Origin: Vicugna vicugna
Lineage: Eukaryota
Direction: 5' to 3'
Length of the DNA: 64,000 bases
Assembly: GCA_013265495.1 (NCBI GenBank)
Contig: MU057651.1
Span: 1,375,674 to 1,439,673 of the forward strand
The notes below the pieces were generated by a model, which worked only from the letters and a program-made list of their open reading frames with translations, was not told where the DNA came from and ran no database searches. The translations under genes were made by a program, and so were the position numbers. Of this stretch, positions 1 through 13,490 are shown piece after piece; position 1 is the first letter of the stretch, and every line of letters begins with the position of its first letter.

Positions 1-179
1 AATCAATTTTTGCCACAAGGAAGCTCACAAAGCTGGGAGAGAAGTCAATTGCACCACCAGCAGCCAAAACCTATCCCCAGGGGCCTCTCCCAAGGGCTCT
101 TTCTTGCATCCTCTAATCCCACCCAGGTAGGACTTACACCAAGGTGCTGAGACTGAGCAGGGTGGCATCTTATTCTCTA

Positions 180-1180
180 ATCTTTTTCCCACTTCCTTCA
201 ACTCATTCACTTCTGCATGTGATCCATTCAGTCCACACTGATAAGGTGCACACTGGGTGCCAGATTCCATGCTAGGAAGTGGGGATATGGAGGCAAAGAC
301 GGACCCTGCCCTTCAGAAGTCCCCTGTAGCTGACATGTGAGCAATGAGATGATGGAATAAGGGAAGCACGCTAAGTCATGGGGATGCCAAGGAAGGGGAG
401 CTGGAGAAGATGACAGCTGCGATGAGGTTTGATGAAAAGGGAGGAGATGGGAAAGGAGCTTAAAGGGAGGAAAGGATGTGCTGGGCAGTACAGTCTAAGA
501 AGAGGTGTGGAGGCATGAAACAGCATGCCGTTTGCATGTAATCCCAAGCAGGTCTGTGTTACTGGAGCATCAAGTGGGAGGGGACATGTGTCAAGAGAGG
601 AAGCCAGAGAGACAGGCAGGTGGGGTCAGGTCATGAAGAGCCTTGTCTGCCGTGCCTGGAACTCGGCCTTTAGCTGATACAGAGCGAGAAGGCTTTGAGA
701 GGTTTGAAACAGGAGAGTGCAAGGTCGAGTATATGTTTCAGCTAGCTGGGCTGCTTTGGCGGTGGTGTGGATGGTGGATGGGAGAAGGACAAGACTGAAG
801 ACCAATTCAGATGCTGCTGCAGAGATTGATGACTTGGCAATTCATCTGACATGAAGCAGGCATCGAGGGGGACTCCCAGCCAGGTCTCCGACTTCAGTAA
901 CTGAGACGAGTTGAGTCAAGGGAGAGAGGAGTTCAAGTTGGGGGCACGCTGACACTGAATGCCTATGGATACCTGGGCGGACTTCTCCGATCGGCTGGGG
1001 ATGTTCAGGTCTAGCGTTCAGGAGTGAGAGATGTCCCAGAAACAGAGCTTGGGGTCTGGATAAGATCGACAAGGAAGGGCCCACAGAATGAGATTAAATG
1101 ACCAAGGACAGGTCCTGGAAAACAGCAGTTGCCAGGAGAGAGGTGACCCACGAGAAGACAGGACTGAATACAAGATGAAA
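180..1180 (-). mobile_element. L2 LINE remnant
   Basis: Purine-rich antisense L2 motifs such as gagttcaagttgggg and ctagcgttcaggagtgag. Confidence 0.65.
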
Positions 1181-1372
1181 AACTGCCATGAGCCACACAT
1201 GGCAATTTACATTTAAATGAAATTAAAATGAAATACAATTAGAAATGTGGCTCCTCAGTAGCATCAGTCACATTTCGAGTGCTGGATAACCACATGCGTC
1301 TAGTGGCTACCATACTAGACAGTGCTGAGACAGAACACCCCCATCATCACAGAAAATTCCACTGGGAACACA
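1180..1372. mobile_element. MER3-like hAT MITE
   Basis: cacatttcgagtgct..accacatgcgtctagtggctaccatactagacagtgc motif. Confidence 0.7.
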
Positions 1373-2957
1373 CTTCTCCACAGACGCAAACACTTCCACT
1401 GGGTTTGGCAACACGCTAGTCACTGGTCGTCTTGGCTATGGCAGTCTCAGGAAAGTAGTGATGCAGGAGCTGGATGTAAAACATGAGGAAAAGCTTCCCA
1501 GGTGCACAAGGCAAGAAAGGGAATTCCAGAAAAAGGGAACAGGATTTAGAAAGTCACAGAAATCACGAGCCAAATTCCCAATATTTCAGTCACTTCTGTG
1601 AATGTCCTCGCCATCCTTTTGCTCTTACCCGACCTACATCTCGATGAAGGGAGCCTCCTTCATCTCTTGCCCTCCAGTCACTGGTTTTTCTCCTTTGGCC
1701 CGTGCAGATAGAGTAGGTAACTTCTTTCTTCGCTTTGCTCTTTCCAGACCACTGGCCTTCCTTTCTCCTTAAAACCCTACGACCACCACACTGTCCCACC
1801 CACTAGACTTTCCCTTTACAACTGTCTTCAGACATATGGGTCACGGCCCTTAATATTCCTTGAGGTTATGAGTACCTAGGTCAGTACCCTCCTCTCCAAA
1901 ACCACTCCTGTCATCTCTCTCGATAATATCAACATATGTCTACAGTGAAGCCTCCAGCACCCTGGACTCTCAGTTTCCTGGCCTCCTTTCCTCAGTGATC
2001 TTGTCCCCATCTCGCCTCGGCCACTCATTCTCATGGTCTTGCCTGAGATCTAATTATGAGTACCTGCAGCCTCTCATGAAGTCCAGCTTCTCTCTCTCCA
2101 GCTCACCCTCTCTAACCCTTACCCCAGCACTTTTCTGACCCCAATACAATCTGTGATCCATTGGTTCTACCGTCTTTTTTGCTGTCCCTCACAGTTCCCG
2201 CTTCCCTCCTTAAACTCCATGGCCCATCACTCTCATCATCCCTGGCATCCACCTTTGATTTCAGGGCCCCTCCCACTGTCATACTCATCTGGGAAAACCC
2301 CCGCCCTGGTCAACTCCTAACGCCCTCCCCCACCTTGCTGGCACCCACACAGCCAAACGTGGCTGGAGGACAACAGTGCTGCCTATTCTCACTTCAGACT
2401 CATGATGGCAAACCTCAGGTGCGTCTTTCCTGGTGCGAGGCAATCTTATACTGCATTTCCCAGGTCCTTTCACTCTTTCAGGCCACCATTTAATATTTTC
2501 TCCTCTCTTCTCAGATCTTCAATACTTCTATCCCGGCCTCACTCTCAGATGGATGACCTCGATTCCTATTTCACTGAGAAAAAAAGGAACCAGACAAAAA
2601 CTTCCAGAAGCTCTCCTGATCACATCTGACTGCTTCTCTGCAGCAGTTCCCACCATGCTCGGCCTTCACCCTGTTACCATGGCTGAGCTGCCCAGGACCC
2701 CAGCCAAGGCAGCCCTTCCCTTTCAGATCCAAATCCCATCCCCTCTCACCTATTCAGTATCACTCCAGCAACTGTCTCCTCTTTCCCCTCCATCAACAAT
2801 TTCTTCTTCTCTACTGGATAGTTCCCATTAGCATATAAACATCCTCTAACAGCTCCCATTCAAAAACAGATGAATACTTGACCTCACTTCCCCCACTGCA
2901 ACCACCTCATTCCTGAGCTCATCTTTACCGAAGGACTCCTTGAAAGAATTGTTTATA

Positions 2958-3236
2958 TGGTAGCTACTGGTCACATGTGGCTATTAAACACTTGAGATGT
3001 GGCTCGTTTGAATTGAGATGCACAATTAGGATAAAATACACACTGGATTTCAAAGGTTATAAAATATCCTGGTAATAATTTTATATTGGAATGATAACAT
3101 TTTGAATATAGTGGGTTAAATAACATATAAGATACATGATTGAAAATCCTCACCTGTTTTCTTTTACATTGTTTTAGTGTGACTACTAGAACATTTGAAA
3201 TTACATGTGGCCAACGTAGGTTTATGAGACAGCACT
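2958..3236. mobile_element. MER33-like hAT MITE inside L2
   Basis: ggtagctactggtcacatgtggctattaaacacttgagatgtggct...gaaattacatgtggc. Confidence 0.72.
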
Positions 3237-3772
3237 CATCTATATTTCCCAGTTGACAATTCCTCTCTCCCTAGTTTCTCTTAAACTGCTCTAATCAGGC
3301 TTCTACTCCTACCTCCCAACCCCTCACTCCACCAAGAGTCCCTATCAAGGTCACAGATCACCTTTTCATTGCTCAATCCAATGGCCAATTTTCAGGCCTC
3401 ATCATGGCATTTACACTTTCTTTCTTGAAACATTCTTCACTTGGCTTCTGGAATGCTGCTCTCTCAGTCCTCCTTCTACCTCATAGCCTGCTTCTTCTCA
3501 GTCTCCTTTACTGATTTCTCATCTCCTTGATCTCTAAATGATGGAGAGGACCAGGCTGCAGAACTCTTCTCTATATACTTTTGATTCCCTAGCTGACTTC
3601 AACCAATCTCATGGCTTTAACACAATCTACCAGCTGATGACTCCAACATTTCTATCTCAGCCTGGACCTCTGTCTTGAACTCCAGGCTCACATAGCTCAC
3701 AATCTACTCAACATCTGCACTTGGATATCTCAGCGGACATCTTATTCTTAAACCCAGCTTTTGATGGTGGCT

Positions 3773-4522
3773 CCTATGGCAGATCATTATAGTACTGGCT
3801 CCCAGTGAATCATACCCTCCCAGGATCCATACCCTTATGTCTTCTTCTCCCACCCTGATTTGGCCATGTGGCCCATCTGGCTCAGCCATGCAACTTGCTT
3901 TGGTCAATGGGACTTCATCAAAAAGATGGAGAGGTTTGATAAACTCTCATGCAGTGGGACTTGCCCTCTTGGAATGCTGCTGAGACCCCCTACCATGCCA
4001 TGAAAGGCCTTATGAACAGAGGCCCAGCCAGCCCAGCTGTCCCAGTTGAACCCAGGCAGGACCAGTAGAAAAATGTCTTAGTCAGCTTGGGCAGCTGTAA
4101 CAAAATACCATAAGATTAAACAACAGAAAATTATTTCTCACAGTACTGGAGGCTGTAAAGTCCAAGATCAAGCACCAGCAGACTTGGTATCTGGTGAGAA
4201 CCCACTTCCTTGTTCATAGACAGCCATCTGTTTGCTGTGTTCTCATATGTTCTCTAGGGAACTCTCTGGCCTCTTTGTATAAGGGCACTAATCCCATTCA
4301 TGAAGGTCCCACCCCCAACCAACCCTAATTACCTCCCAAAGGCCCCACCTCCAAACATCATCACACTAGGGGGTAGGACTTCAACATATGAATTTGAGGG
4401 GAGGACACAAATATTCAGTCCACAACGAAAAATGACCCAGTCAACCTACACAACTGTGAAAAATAAGTCATTGTTTTAAACTACTAAGTTCTGGGGATGT
4501 TTGTTACATAACAACAGATAAC
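3773..4522 (+). mobile_element. Old MaLR LTR (MLT1F/H-like) containing a nested MLT1A
   Basis: caacttgctttggtcaatggga and the ending ttgttttaaactactaagttctggggatgtttgttacataacaacagataact. Confidence 0.7.
4074..4427 (-). mobile_element. MLT1A-type MaLR LTR
   Basis: tgtcttagtcagcttggg...aaatattcagtccacaacg with 5-bp TSD AAAAA. Confidence 0.8.
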
Positions 4523-6639
4523 TAAAAGAGCACTTCCTCCCCCAACCCTCCAAAAAAGCAATAAACAAGCACAAAACCCCTTCTCTTAGTTTTCCTTATC
4601 TCAATAAACGGTAATTCATTTAAGTTACTCAGGCCAAAAACCTTAGAGTCATCCTTGACCATCCTCTGCCCCCACCTCACATCCCACATCTGACCCGTCA
4701 GCAAATCCTGTTGGCTGTACCCTCAGCATGTATCCAGAATCCAATGACTTTCCTCTGCCTCTACAGCTAGTAACCTAGGCCAAGCCACTAGGATCTCCTT
4801 CCTCTTTTATTACAAACATCACTTATAGGTCTCTCTACTTCTATCCCCTACAGTCTAATTTCAGCATAGCAACTGGGTGGGTGATCCCTTGAAAAATTAA
4901 CTCAGATCATGTGAGTTTTCTGCTCAAAACCCTCCAATGGCCTCCCACCTCCCTAAGAAAATGTCAAACCCTACAATGATCTATGCGGCCCTATATATGA
5001 TCTCCCCTCACCTACATCACCCCTCTGACCTCATCTCCTACCACTTTCCCCTTCCTTCACACAGCTCTAGACATGCTGACCTACTTGCTGTTGCTGGAAT
5101 ATTCTAGAAACCCTCCTGTCTCAGGGCCTTTACACTTGTTATTTCTTCTGCTTGGCATATTCTTCCCCCAGATATTCAGAAGCCTGCAAGCCTTCACTCA
5201 AATGTCACCCTCCCAGTGAGGCCTTCCTTTACTCTCTCTCCACTCATTCAGCAGTGCTGTAGCCCCTACCCTGCTTTATCCCTCCTTCTATACACTGAAC
5301 ATCATCTGAATAACTATATATTCTACGCATGTCTTCACCGTCTCTTCCTACAAAAGCAAGAACCTGTATCCACTTGACTCCCTGCTTTATCCCCAGTAAG
5401 TGCCTGACACAAAGCAAGGGGTTCAATAAATACTTGCTGAAAGAATGAAGTGAGCAGCTTAGTATGTTCGAGAACTTTACACAGTTCACTATCAATGGAC
5501 TATCAAGTGGGAAAGAGGGATAAACAGTTGAAGGCCAGCTCTTTAAGAATTCTGTTTGCTACATTAGATTATTTTGGACTTTACAAAATCACCTGAGATG
5601 ATGGGTGGGTTCTGAGGCAGGAGGTCTGGGGTGGAAGCCAGAGAGCCTGCATTTCTAACTAGCTCCCAGGTGCTGCCAGTCCTCAGACCATGCTTTACTT
5701 AGCAAGGGACAGAGCTCGCCTTCGGGCTGCTGATCAAAATAGGGCGAGACTGGAGGTAGGGAGACCAGTGTTGAGGCTGTTGAAATAGACGAAGTCAGGG
5801 ATAATCTGATCTGAACTAAAGAAAGTAGGAGTATGAACGAGCTTGAGAAATGATCAGGAGGTCCTACTGACAGGATCTGGTCACTGACTGGATGAGGGGA
5901 AAAAGAGTCAAGGGCCATTGGTTATCTTCAGATTTGTGGCCTGGGTCATGAGTGAGTGTTGGTACCACCCCACAGGATAGGGAACATCGGTGAAGGTGTA
6001 GGTTTGGGGACAGAGAAGAGAATGACAAGTCTAGTTTCCGACAATGCCATCTAATCTTGGGTGCCCTCTAAATGAGACACCTTCATTTCGAGCATCTGCT
6101 AGCCTTAGTTACCCAGCAGATAGATCTCTGCGTGGTGCAACCTCAAGATAATCGTGGATGTGTGATTCCAATTCTTGGCCACTAAGTGCAGCAGACCCAA
6201 GTCAGCTTTCCCTTCGTCCAGAGTTGTGTGCCCACATGGAAGGTCCACCTTGTTGACCTTCTACCCTGAGGGGCTGGAGAGCCCACTCAGGCCAGGCTTC
6301 ACTCTCAAATCCAGCAGGCAGACCTGGCCTAGCAGAACAAGCCCTGGAGTCCAAAGACCCAAGTCCCAGCTTCTACTCGTCCCAAGTTGCTCTGTGACCG
6401 CTTACATGGATCAAAACCCCTCTAAGCGTCAGAGTCCTACTGCCAGGGAATTTCTAGCTTACTCTACTCGGCAGAAGAACTGTAGGATCAGAAAAGCTAA
6501 AGGAACCCGGAGATACTCTAGAGAAAAGTGCTACTGAAGCATAACCCCCACTGTGCCTCACACGTTATGCAGTTAGTATTTGCTGGGTCTCTGTGGGGCT
6601 TTCAGCAAGGGGGAGCCAGCTCTTAGATCATTTGAGGCA

Positions 6640-6830
6640 ATGAGCCTGAACCTCCAGTCTGTATCACAATCCCCTGGAGGGCTTGTTAAGAGGCAGCTTG
6701 CTGGGCCCCATCCCAGAGTTTCTGATTCAGTAGGTCTGGGGAAGGGCCTGGACTCGGGGATCTGAGAATTTGCATTTCTAACAGGTTCCCTGTTAGGCTG
6801 CTACTGCCAGTCCAGGGTCCACACGCTGAG
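6640..6830. mobile_element. MER5A-like MITE
   Basis: gctgggccccatcccagagtttctgattcagtaggtctgggg...gaatttgcatttctaacagg. Confidence 0.75.
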
Positions 6831-6960
6831 AAAACCTGTCCTAGAAAACCCATGGAAAATGCTGATATCTGGGCCCTGCTCAGAGACTCGAATCGAGGAG
6901 ATCTGGGTGGGCTCTGGAATTTCCATCTTAGTAACAATAACCTCAGGTGATTCTAATCAA

Positions 6961-7062
6961 CCATTTTTTTTAAAAAAAAAAAAGTTGGTTCTAGGGATTG
7001 AACCCAGGACCTTATGCATGCTAAGCAAGCGCTCTACCACTGAGCTGTTACCCACCCACCCC
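6961..7062 (-). mobile_element. tRNA-derived SINE (Vic-1-like), inside a MER5-type element
   Basis: gggattgaacccaggaccttatgcatgctaagcaagcgctctaccactgagct is the reverse complement of the SINE head. Confidence 0.8.
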
Positions 7063-7919
7063 TCTTCAGGTGTTTCTGACGCTAGGTCCTCCAGCCCTAG
7101 GGGGCGTCCTGGAAGAGGTACCAAAAGGTCTGGGGAAAGCTACCAGTAGAGGGGCCCCAGTCTGGCCAGGTGTGAGGAGCGGTGTCTGCTGAAAGCTGAT
7201 AAAACTGAGGCAGGAAATGCCTGATTTAATCCCCTCTCCACAAATCACTCCTGAGCCTCAAATACTTCCTCTTCAGCGGGGAAAACCCCACGGTCTTCAG
7301 AAACTCACATACCCACCCTCCCGCACAAGTTTCAGCCCTGAGCCTATTTTTCAAATTCTTCAGCTCTTCCCGCACCCACTCACCCCTCAGGAGCCTTCAG
7401 AATCTACCTCTCCTTTACCCTGCCCCTCGCCTGACGAGCAAAGTAGAACTGGGAAACCAGTGAAAGAACTTTCTTGGCATCCTAATGCTAGTTAGACAGG
7501 AGGGGCAATGCGCTAGCCTGGGTTGGGGGAGAAACAGGTGGCACAACCTGGAACTGAGGTTGGTACTGAAGACAGCTTTCAAGCCTTCATGGAACAAAGT
7601 GCTCTTGCTTTAACTGTCCTAGAACCAACCTAGCACAGGGGCTGTATCCCAAACTTCACCCCCCAGGAGAGAAGCTTAAAGCCCACTCAAGAGAAGTGGC
7701 TTGCCCAGGTCAAACAACATTGGGGTTCTTATCCCCCAGTTACCTGAAATGTCCCCGAAGGACATATGATTTGTCTGCACTTCAACAACAACCTGCTCAC
7801 CCCATGGCAAGCCTGAGTCCACTGTTCCCCAAGTGTGAAACCAGAGTGCCCTCTAGTGAGACAGAAAGGGATTTGCAAGCAGGTTGGAGGAAGGACTTCT
7901 TACCTTCCTCACACTAGGC

Positions 7920-8360
7920 AGGGAGGGACCCCTCTGGAAACACGACACTGACGAATCCCTTCTCGGAACAAATGTTTTAAACCCATAAAATTAAAGGCAA
8001 AGGGTTACAAAAGAAGGCAATGACAATAACACACGGTTATCAAAATGTTTAAACAGATTTGTAACGTAGTATTTATGTGTTTCTCTACTAATGTGTTTAA
8101 TAATAAGATCTAGCAACCACCATCATTTCAAAGCAGTGATGATCATAAACAGTGTTCCGAGCTGTCTGCAATGACTGTAACGTGATAGGAAGCCATCTGC
8201 GATTGCTATTGACAACAAAGCCGCAGGTATGGCTAATACCTACATTCATGTGCTGCGTTTCTGCTGGAGGTTAGTGAAAACAAAGATGTGATTATTTTTC
8301 TCATCCCAGTTAATGGGCCCTTTAGTTCCTAGTTGCGGACCCCAGGTTAAGAAACCCTGC
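7920..8360. mobile_element. hAT-Charlie (Charlie4-like) element
   Basis: Ends ggaccccaggttaagaaaccctg. Internally similar to 13105-13490. Confidence 0.65.
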
Positions 8361-9404
8361 TTAAATAAAAATGGCCACAATGAACCAACCAAAAAAACAC
8401 ACAAAACAAAACAAAACCTGGGAAAAGAGAAAGGGGAGTTTCCGGAGAGGGGGATTTGCGCCACCAGCCCTTCAGGTCCTCAAGCTGGCTTCTGTCCAAG
8501 CCATCCCGCTGGAAACGCATGGAAACCCACGATGGAGGCCCCACCAACAAATGCGCCTAGACCTGCTGCCCCTACACAGAATGGCCCTTCCACCTCCTCA
8601 CCCTAAGGAGACCCGGCTCTCCTCTGAGGACACTGCTTCTCCCTTTGGCTGCTCTGAACAGAGGCTGTTCTTTCTGATCCCTCTAGTCTCACAGCAAGCT
8701 TTTTTTGGGGGTGGGGGGGGTACAAGGGGGGTTGGAGATTCCTCTAGCCCCCCATTATTGCTTCTAGATGTTTACTCTTTTCTTTTCTCCTCCTTTCAAG
8801 CTTCAGCCCCTCTTCCTCATCACTGTTACCTGCTGTCCTCCAGGTCACGATCAGATTCATCCCAGGTCAGTCTCTCTTGGTTCACAGCCTTCCGTTCCCA
8901 CGCTAGGCCTTTGGCTGCCAGCATTTTGGGTGATTTCAACAGCCACGGAGGTGCCATTTCCAACATCCTAACCTCACAGCCTCTTGAACTTCCTCAACGC
9001 TGCCCACCTGCACCTCTACTCCACCCTGTTCCCCACAACCAGCTTTGGTCAGCACTGCCAACTGCCCCGCCTCAGGCAGGATCCTCTGACCACAACCTCC
9101 CAGAGTTTCAGCTCTCATATCCTCATTTCTACCATGCACCTGCCCACGGACTTCCTTGTGACCTCTGAGCCTTTTGGTGGCCCTTTCCTCCCCCTATGGA
9201 TTTCCTCCTTGTTCATCAGCTCTCTCCAAGCTGAGCCTCCCTCCACACCAGCTTGGACCCCATGACCCATCACCTGAACTCTTGTACTATGGCCGGCAAC
9301 TCCCTGGTGGGCTGAGGGCACCCTTCACCTCTCCCGTCCCCCCTGCTTTGCATACATTAACATACATACATAATTAATGCTCATTACGACTCTCTGAGGA
9401 AGAA

Positions 9405-9742
9405 CAGTTGACCCTTAAACAACATGGGTTTGAACTCTGCGGATCCGCTTAAACGTTTTTTTCTTCAATAAATAAATACATATATATATGCTCTGCAAAT
9501 GTATTTTCTCTTCCTTGATGATTTTCTTAATAATCTTTTCCTCTAGTTTACTTTATTGTACGAATACACTATATGATACATATACATATAACATACAAAC
9601 GTGTTAATCGACTGTTTATGTTGTCGGTAAGGTGCCAGTCAACAGTAGGCTATTAGTAGTTAAGTTTGGAGGAGTCAAAGTTATACACAGATTTTTGACA
9701 GTGTCAGCACCCCTAACCTCTGTGATGTTCAAGACTCAACTG
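9405..9742 (+). mobile_element. Tigger2a-like DNA transposon (inserted in a MIR)
   Basis: TIRs cagttgacccttaaacaaca / tgatgttcaagactcaactg, followed by TA. Confidence 0.82.
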
Positions 9743-10454
9743 TATTCTTATATTACAATTGAGGAGACTGAAGCCCAGAGAAGTTAAGGAACTTAGCCAA
9801 GGTCACACAGCCACAAAGCACCAGAACGAAGATCTGAAACCAGGCAGTCTAGCTTCATAGCGGGCAGCACGCTCTTCTCATTGTGCATGTCTCAGAACAA
9901 CCTGCCTCTTTGGGCAGCCAGGCCTGTTCACCTTCCTCTCTCTGCTAGCTTCTCAGTCCCTTTGGGTGGAAAGTAAGTTCAGGCCCGCTCTACAGATCTG
10001 GCCACCTTAGGTTCTCAGGGACTGGCTCAGGAAGCTCACCTAGGTGTCAAGACCAAAGCTGCAAGCTCGAGGGCAGCCCCGCCCGCATCAGAGGCCCTTG
10101 GTGCCTAGTCAGCAAATAGGAAAGCGCCACAGTTTCCCACTCCTATTGTTCCCTGGGTGACCTGCCCTTGGTCAGAAACCTGAAATATGAAGGGGTGAGT
10201 GGCACGTGATGACCAAAACTCTGTCCTGAACTCTGAATACCCCTTGCTTTCTGGATCTTCAACACCACTGAACCTACTTACAAAGCCCCAACCTTGGATG
10301 GATTCCTCAAGCCAGATGTTCTGCTCCTCCACTCAGGCTGCTGAGTGCTCCTGGAGAAAACGGGGTCCCCCGACAGAAGAGTACTGGAAAAATGCAAGGA
10401 AATCTGTTTCAGGAGGGCCCCCTCAGTGCTAGTCACCAACCAGAAGGTTGAAGA

Positions 10455-10648
10455 GTGTCCAACAGAGTAGCTACTAAAGCCCTGCAGCTATTTCAATTGC
10501 AATTCAAGTTCATTCACTGTGAATCAAATCTGAAATTCCCTCAGCCTAGTCCTCCAGCCGCACTGGCCACACTTCATCTGCTCAGGAGCCACGTGGACAG
10601 AGCGCATATAGAATCTCTCCCCGGAGCATATCCCATTGGACGGCACTG
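10455..10648. mobile_element. MER3-like hAT MITE
   Basis: gtgtccaacag... / ...attggacggcactg terminal motifs. Confidence 0.6.
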
Positions 10649-11575
10649 AAACAGTCTGGACTTTTCTCCTTCTCTCATCTCATGCAGCATTTCCTCGTCT
10701 TGTCATTACCGTCCTCGGCCTGCCACCAACCCCTTTCTTTCTCAGGGGTTGTCACCACCTCGTGAGTCACCTGCTCCCCTTTCTCCCAGCACCTTCAATG
10801 TTCCCCCAGCACCTGAGCTGAGCATGCCCCGCCTGGGGCGGAGAGGGGAGGGGAGGAGGGGAAAGCAGGAGAGAGAAACCATTCCCCTGGCTCTGCAAGG
10901 CCCTTTACCCCTCCTATCTTACAGCCCTTAACTTATTCCTCCCCACTTCTCCAATGGTTGCACTTTCTTGGAACTCTCTGAAAATGTGGCACTCTTGATT
11001 GCCAGTCCTTTGATAATAGTTTCTATTGCCTGAGCTTCCAGGACAACCAGCCATGTCTCCTGTTGCTCTGACCATTCCTGTAATCTCCTTACACTTTTCT
11101 TCCTCCATCTACTGTACAAAGGTTCAAGTCCCCCCAGGCTTTTTTCGAAGTTCTGTTTCTTCCCCACCTGCACAGTTACCCTGGACCATCTCATCCACTC
11201 CCCATGTTTATATCCACTACTTTTATACCAGTGATACTGAAGTCAGTTTCTAGCCCAGACTCCTCCGAACAGCTCCAGAATATTCCATCCAACTGCTTTC
11301 TGAACATCTCAATTTGGATAGCCTAGAAGTGCCTCAAACTCAAGCAGAATCATTTTCCTGCCTTAAACATGCTTCTTTCTTCTGTGCCTCATCTGTCAGT
11401 GGCACCCTATCCTCCCACAGCCACCCAGCTCAAAATCCTGGGGCCTCTCCCTCACTCTTACAGCATCTTAAATGTAATAAACTCTATCAACTTTACCATT
11501 TATTATTTATTTAAACTAAAATAAAACATGATCTTAATTATACATCCTCATCTCCTGAAAAGATGAAAAGACGAG

Positions 11576-11594
11576 ACTGCCACCTAGTGGCGAA
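11576..11594 (-). promoter_or_regulatory. Candidate CTCF binding site
   Basis: Minus strand TTCGCCACTAGGTGGCAGT fits the CTCF core CCASYAGRKGGCRS. Confidence 0.6.
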
Positions 11595-12136
11595 ACACAG
11601 ATAAACAATTAAATATGACATAAAAAGTGTAAGGAACATTCAAGAAAATGTGCCTTAGGCTGTCTAGGGAAGTCAAACACAGATTCAGACAGGAGGGAAC
11701 ACCTTTGAGCTAACTTGTAAAAGAGGACATGGGGTTTGCCAGGTCCAGGTAGAGAAGCTGGTGTGTGTGGATTGGGTTGGGGTGGGGCGGGGGGACCAGG
11801 TGGGTCTTAGAAAGTAAAGTAATGGGAGTTGAAGTCTAAGTGATGGGAAATGAGGTCAAAGAGACAGGCAAGGGTCAGACTGTGAACGGTCTTGAATGCT
11901 GCATAAAGGAGTTTAGTCTTCATCCCATATGGGTTTTTTAAGCAGTGGAGCAAATTCTGATCAGATTTGCTCTTTCTTTAATGGTATTCTAGAGACTGGA
12001 TGGAGGGACAGCCTGGGTAGGAAGTAGGGGCAATCAGGGAACAGAGATGAGAGAAGAAACAAAGTCCCAGGAATGGAGGCTGAGAGCCTGGACTACGACA
12101 GGGATGTGGGGATAGAGAGGAAAGAACAAATCTGCA

Positions 12137-12307
12137 GGGGTGGGGTGTAGCTCAAGTGGTAGAGCACACGCTTAGCATGCATGAGGTCCTGGGTTCAATC
12201 CCTGGTACCTCCTCTAAAAATATATAAATAAATAGACCTAATTACCACTTCCCACAAAAAAATTAGTAAATAAAAAAATTTTTTAAAGGTAGAGAGAACA
12301 GGAAAAA
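12137..12307 (+). mobile_element. tRNA-Ala-derived SINE (Vic-1-like, camelid)
   Basis: GGGGTGTAGCTCAAGTGGTAGAGC A-box, GGTTCAATCCC B-box, AT-rich tail. TSD AAAGAACAA(A/G)TCTGCA at 12121-12136/12308-12323. Confidence 0.85.
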
Positions 12308-13047
12308 AAAGAACAAGTCTGCAAATATTTTGAGAATTTGTATCATCAGAACTTCTGAACTGACTGGTATAGGGGATGAAACAGAGGAAGGGACCTGGGA
12401 AGATGCCTGGGTTTTGGGCTTTGGCACGGGATGGATGGCAGAGCCACTAAGACAGGAAATAGAGGAAGAAGAGCAGGTTGGAAGGAGAATACCTGTGGTG
12501 TTTCTCAAGCCTGAAGTTAGATTTATAGTTGGGGAATGTCTGCATGTCTGGAGCAGGCAGGGCAAAGGAGCCCAGGGAAACAGCCAGAGGAGGAGAACCA
12601 GGAAACAGGGGTGTCATGAAGCTCAAAGGAGAAATGGGCATCTAAAAGGAGGGATGCCAGCCATGTTAAACCCAGTGACAGATATGCACTCTGTATGTGT
12701 AAGACTGAGGCTTCGGCATTCCGCAAGGCACAACCCTGACCTCAGGAGCCCACGAGCTGGTTGTAAGACAGATGTGAAATTAACAAGAGGCAGTATGACA
12801 GTGGTGAATAATCATAATAAAAACAACAGTAATAGAAAACAGAACACAGCATTTACCATGCGTCAGGCACTGTTCGATGTACTTTACATATATGAGCTCA
12901 CTGACTCCTCACGACACCCTATGAGGCAGGTATTAATCCTCTTCTCATTTTACAAATGAGAAATCAGATTCAGACAGGCAAAGGCACTTGATCTGAACCC
13001 ACAGTCTATCTGAATCCAGCAACTACATGTAGCGTGGTCATGATGAT

Positions 13048-13075
13048 GCCTGCCTGCCTGCCTGCCTGCCTGCCT
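13048..13075. repeat. (GCCT)7 microsatellite
   Basis: Direct reading. Confidence 0.9.
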
Positions 13076-13104
13076 AGTTTTCAGTGCCAGTTTCAACTCT
13101 ACTG

Positions 13105-13490
13105 CAGGGGTGCCTAACCTTTTTGGTGCCAGTGATCCTTTGGGCAGTTTGGGTCCCCCTCTTAGAATACATCTTTTAAGCATATAAAATAGAAGCTATG
13201 GGGTTATAAAGGAAGAAAATAATGTCAAAATATATTTTTTAAAAATATTTTAAAAGATAAGTGTTAAATTTTGAGGTAATGATGAAGTGTGATTTTTCAA
13301 GGTATGTGCAACAGCTGTAATGAGAAGAAAATATCTGTGATTTACATGAAAAACAACACAGCAATACCGCTAATGCAATTGTAGGTTGCTGCCTGTGATT
13401 CTGAACGAAAGGAAATGCTGCATTTCAGTTGGAGTTAATGCAGGTGAAGACGTGATTTTTTTTTTCCTCATCTGAGGTCACGGGTCCTAT
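13105..13490. mobile_element. hAT-Charlie (Charlie4-like) element
   Basis: Starts caggggtgcctaacctttttggtgcc. Similar to 7920-8360. Confidence 0.65.

Larger units (their letters stand above)
1610..5450 (+). mobile_element. Long L2 LINE remnant (interrupted by MER33 and MLT1)
   Basis: gatgacctcgattcctatttcactgagaa, gctgatgactccaacatt, and the 3' end ttcaataaatacttgctgaaagaatgaa. Confidence 0.8.

Noticed and set aside
8371..9168. 265-aa ORF, the longest in the track
   Set aside because: Low-complexity, overlaps an L2 remnant, antisense to TMEM164, and has no recognisable protein family.
12141..12212. Possible tRNA-Ala gene
   Set aside because: Has a SINE tail and TSDs, a degenerate acceptor stem, and three sibling copies in the window, so it is a SINE.
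12330..12959. 209-aa ORF
   Set aside because: Runs through antisense L2 and MIR sequence; a chance open frame.
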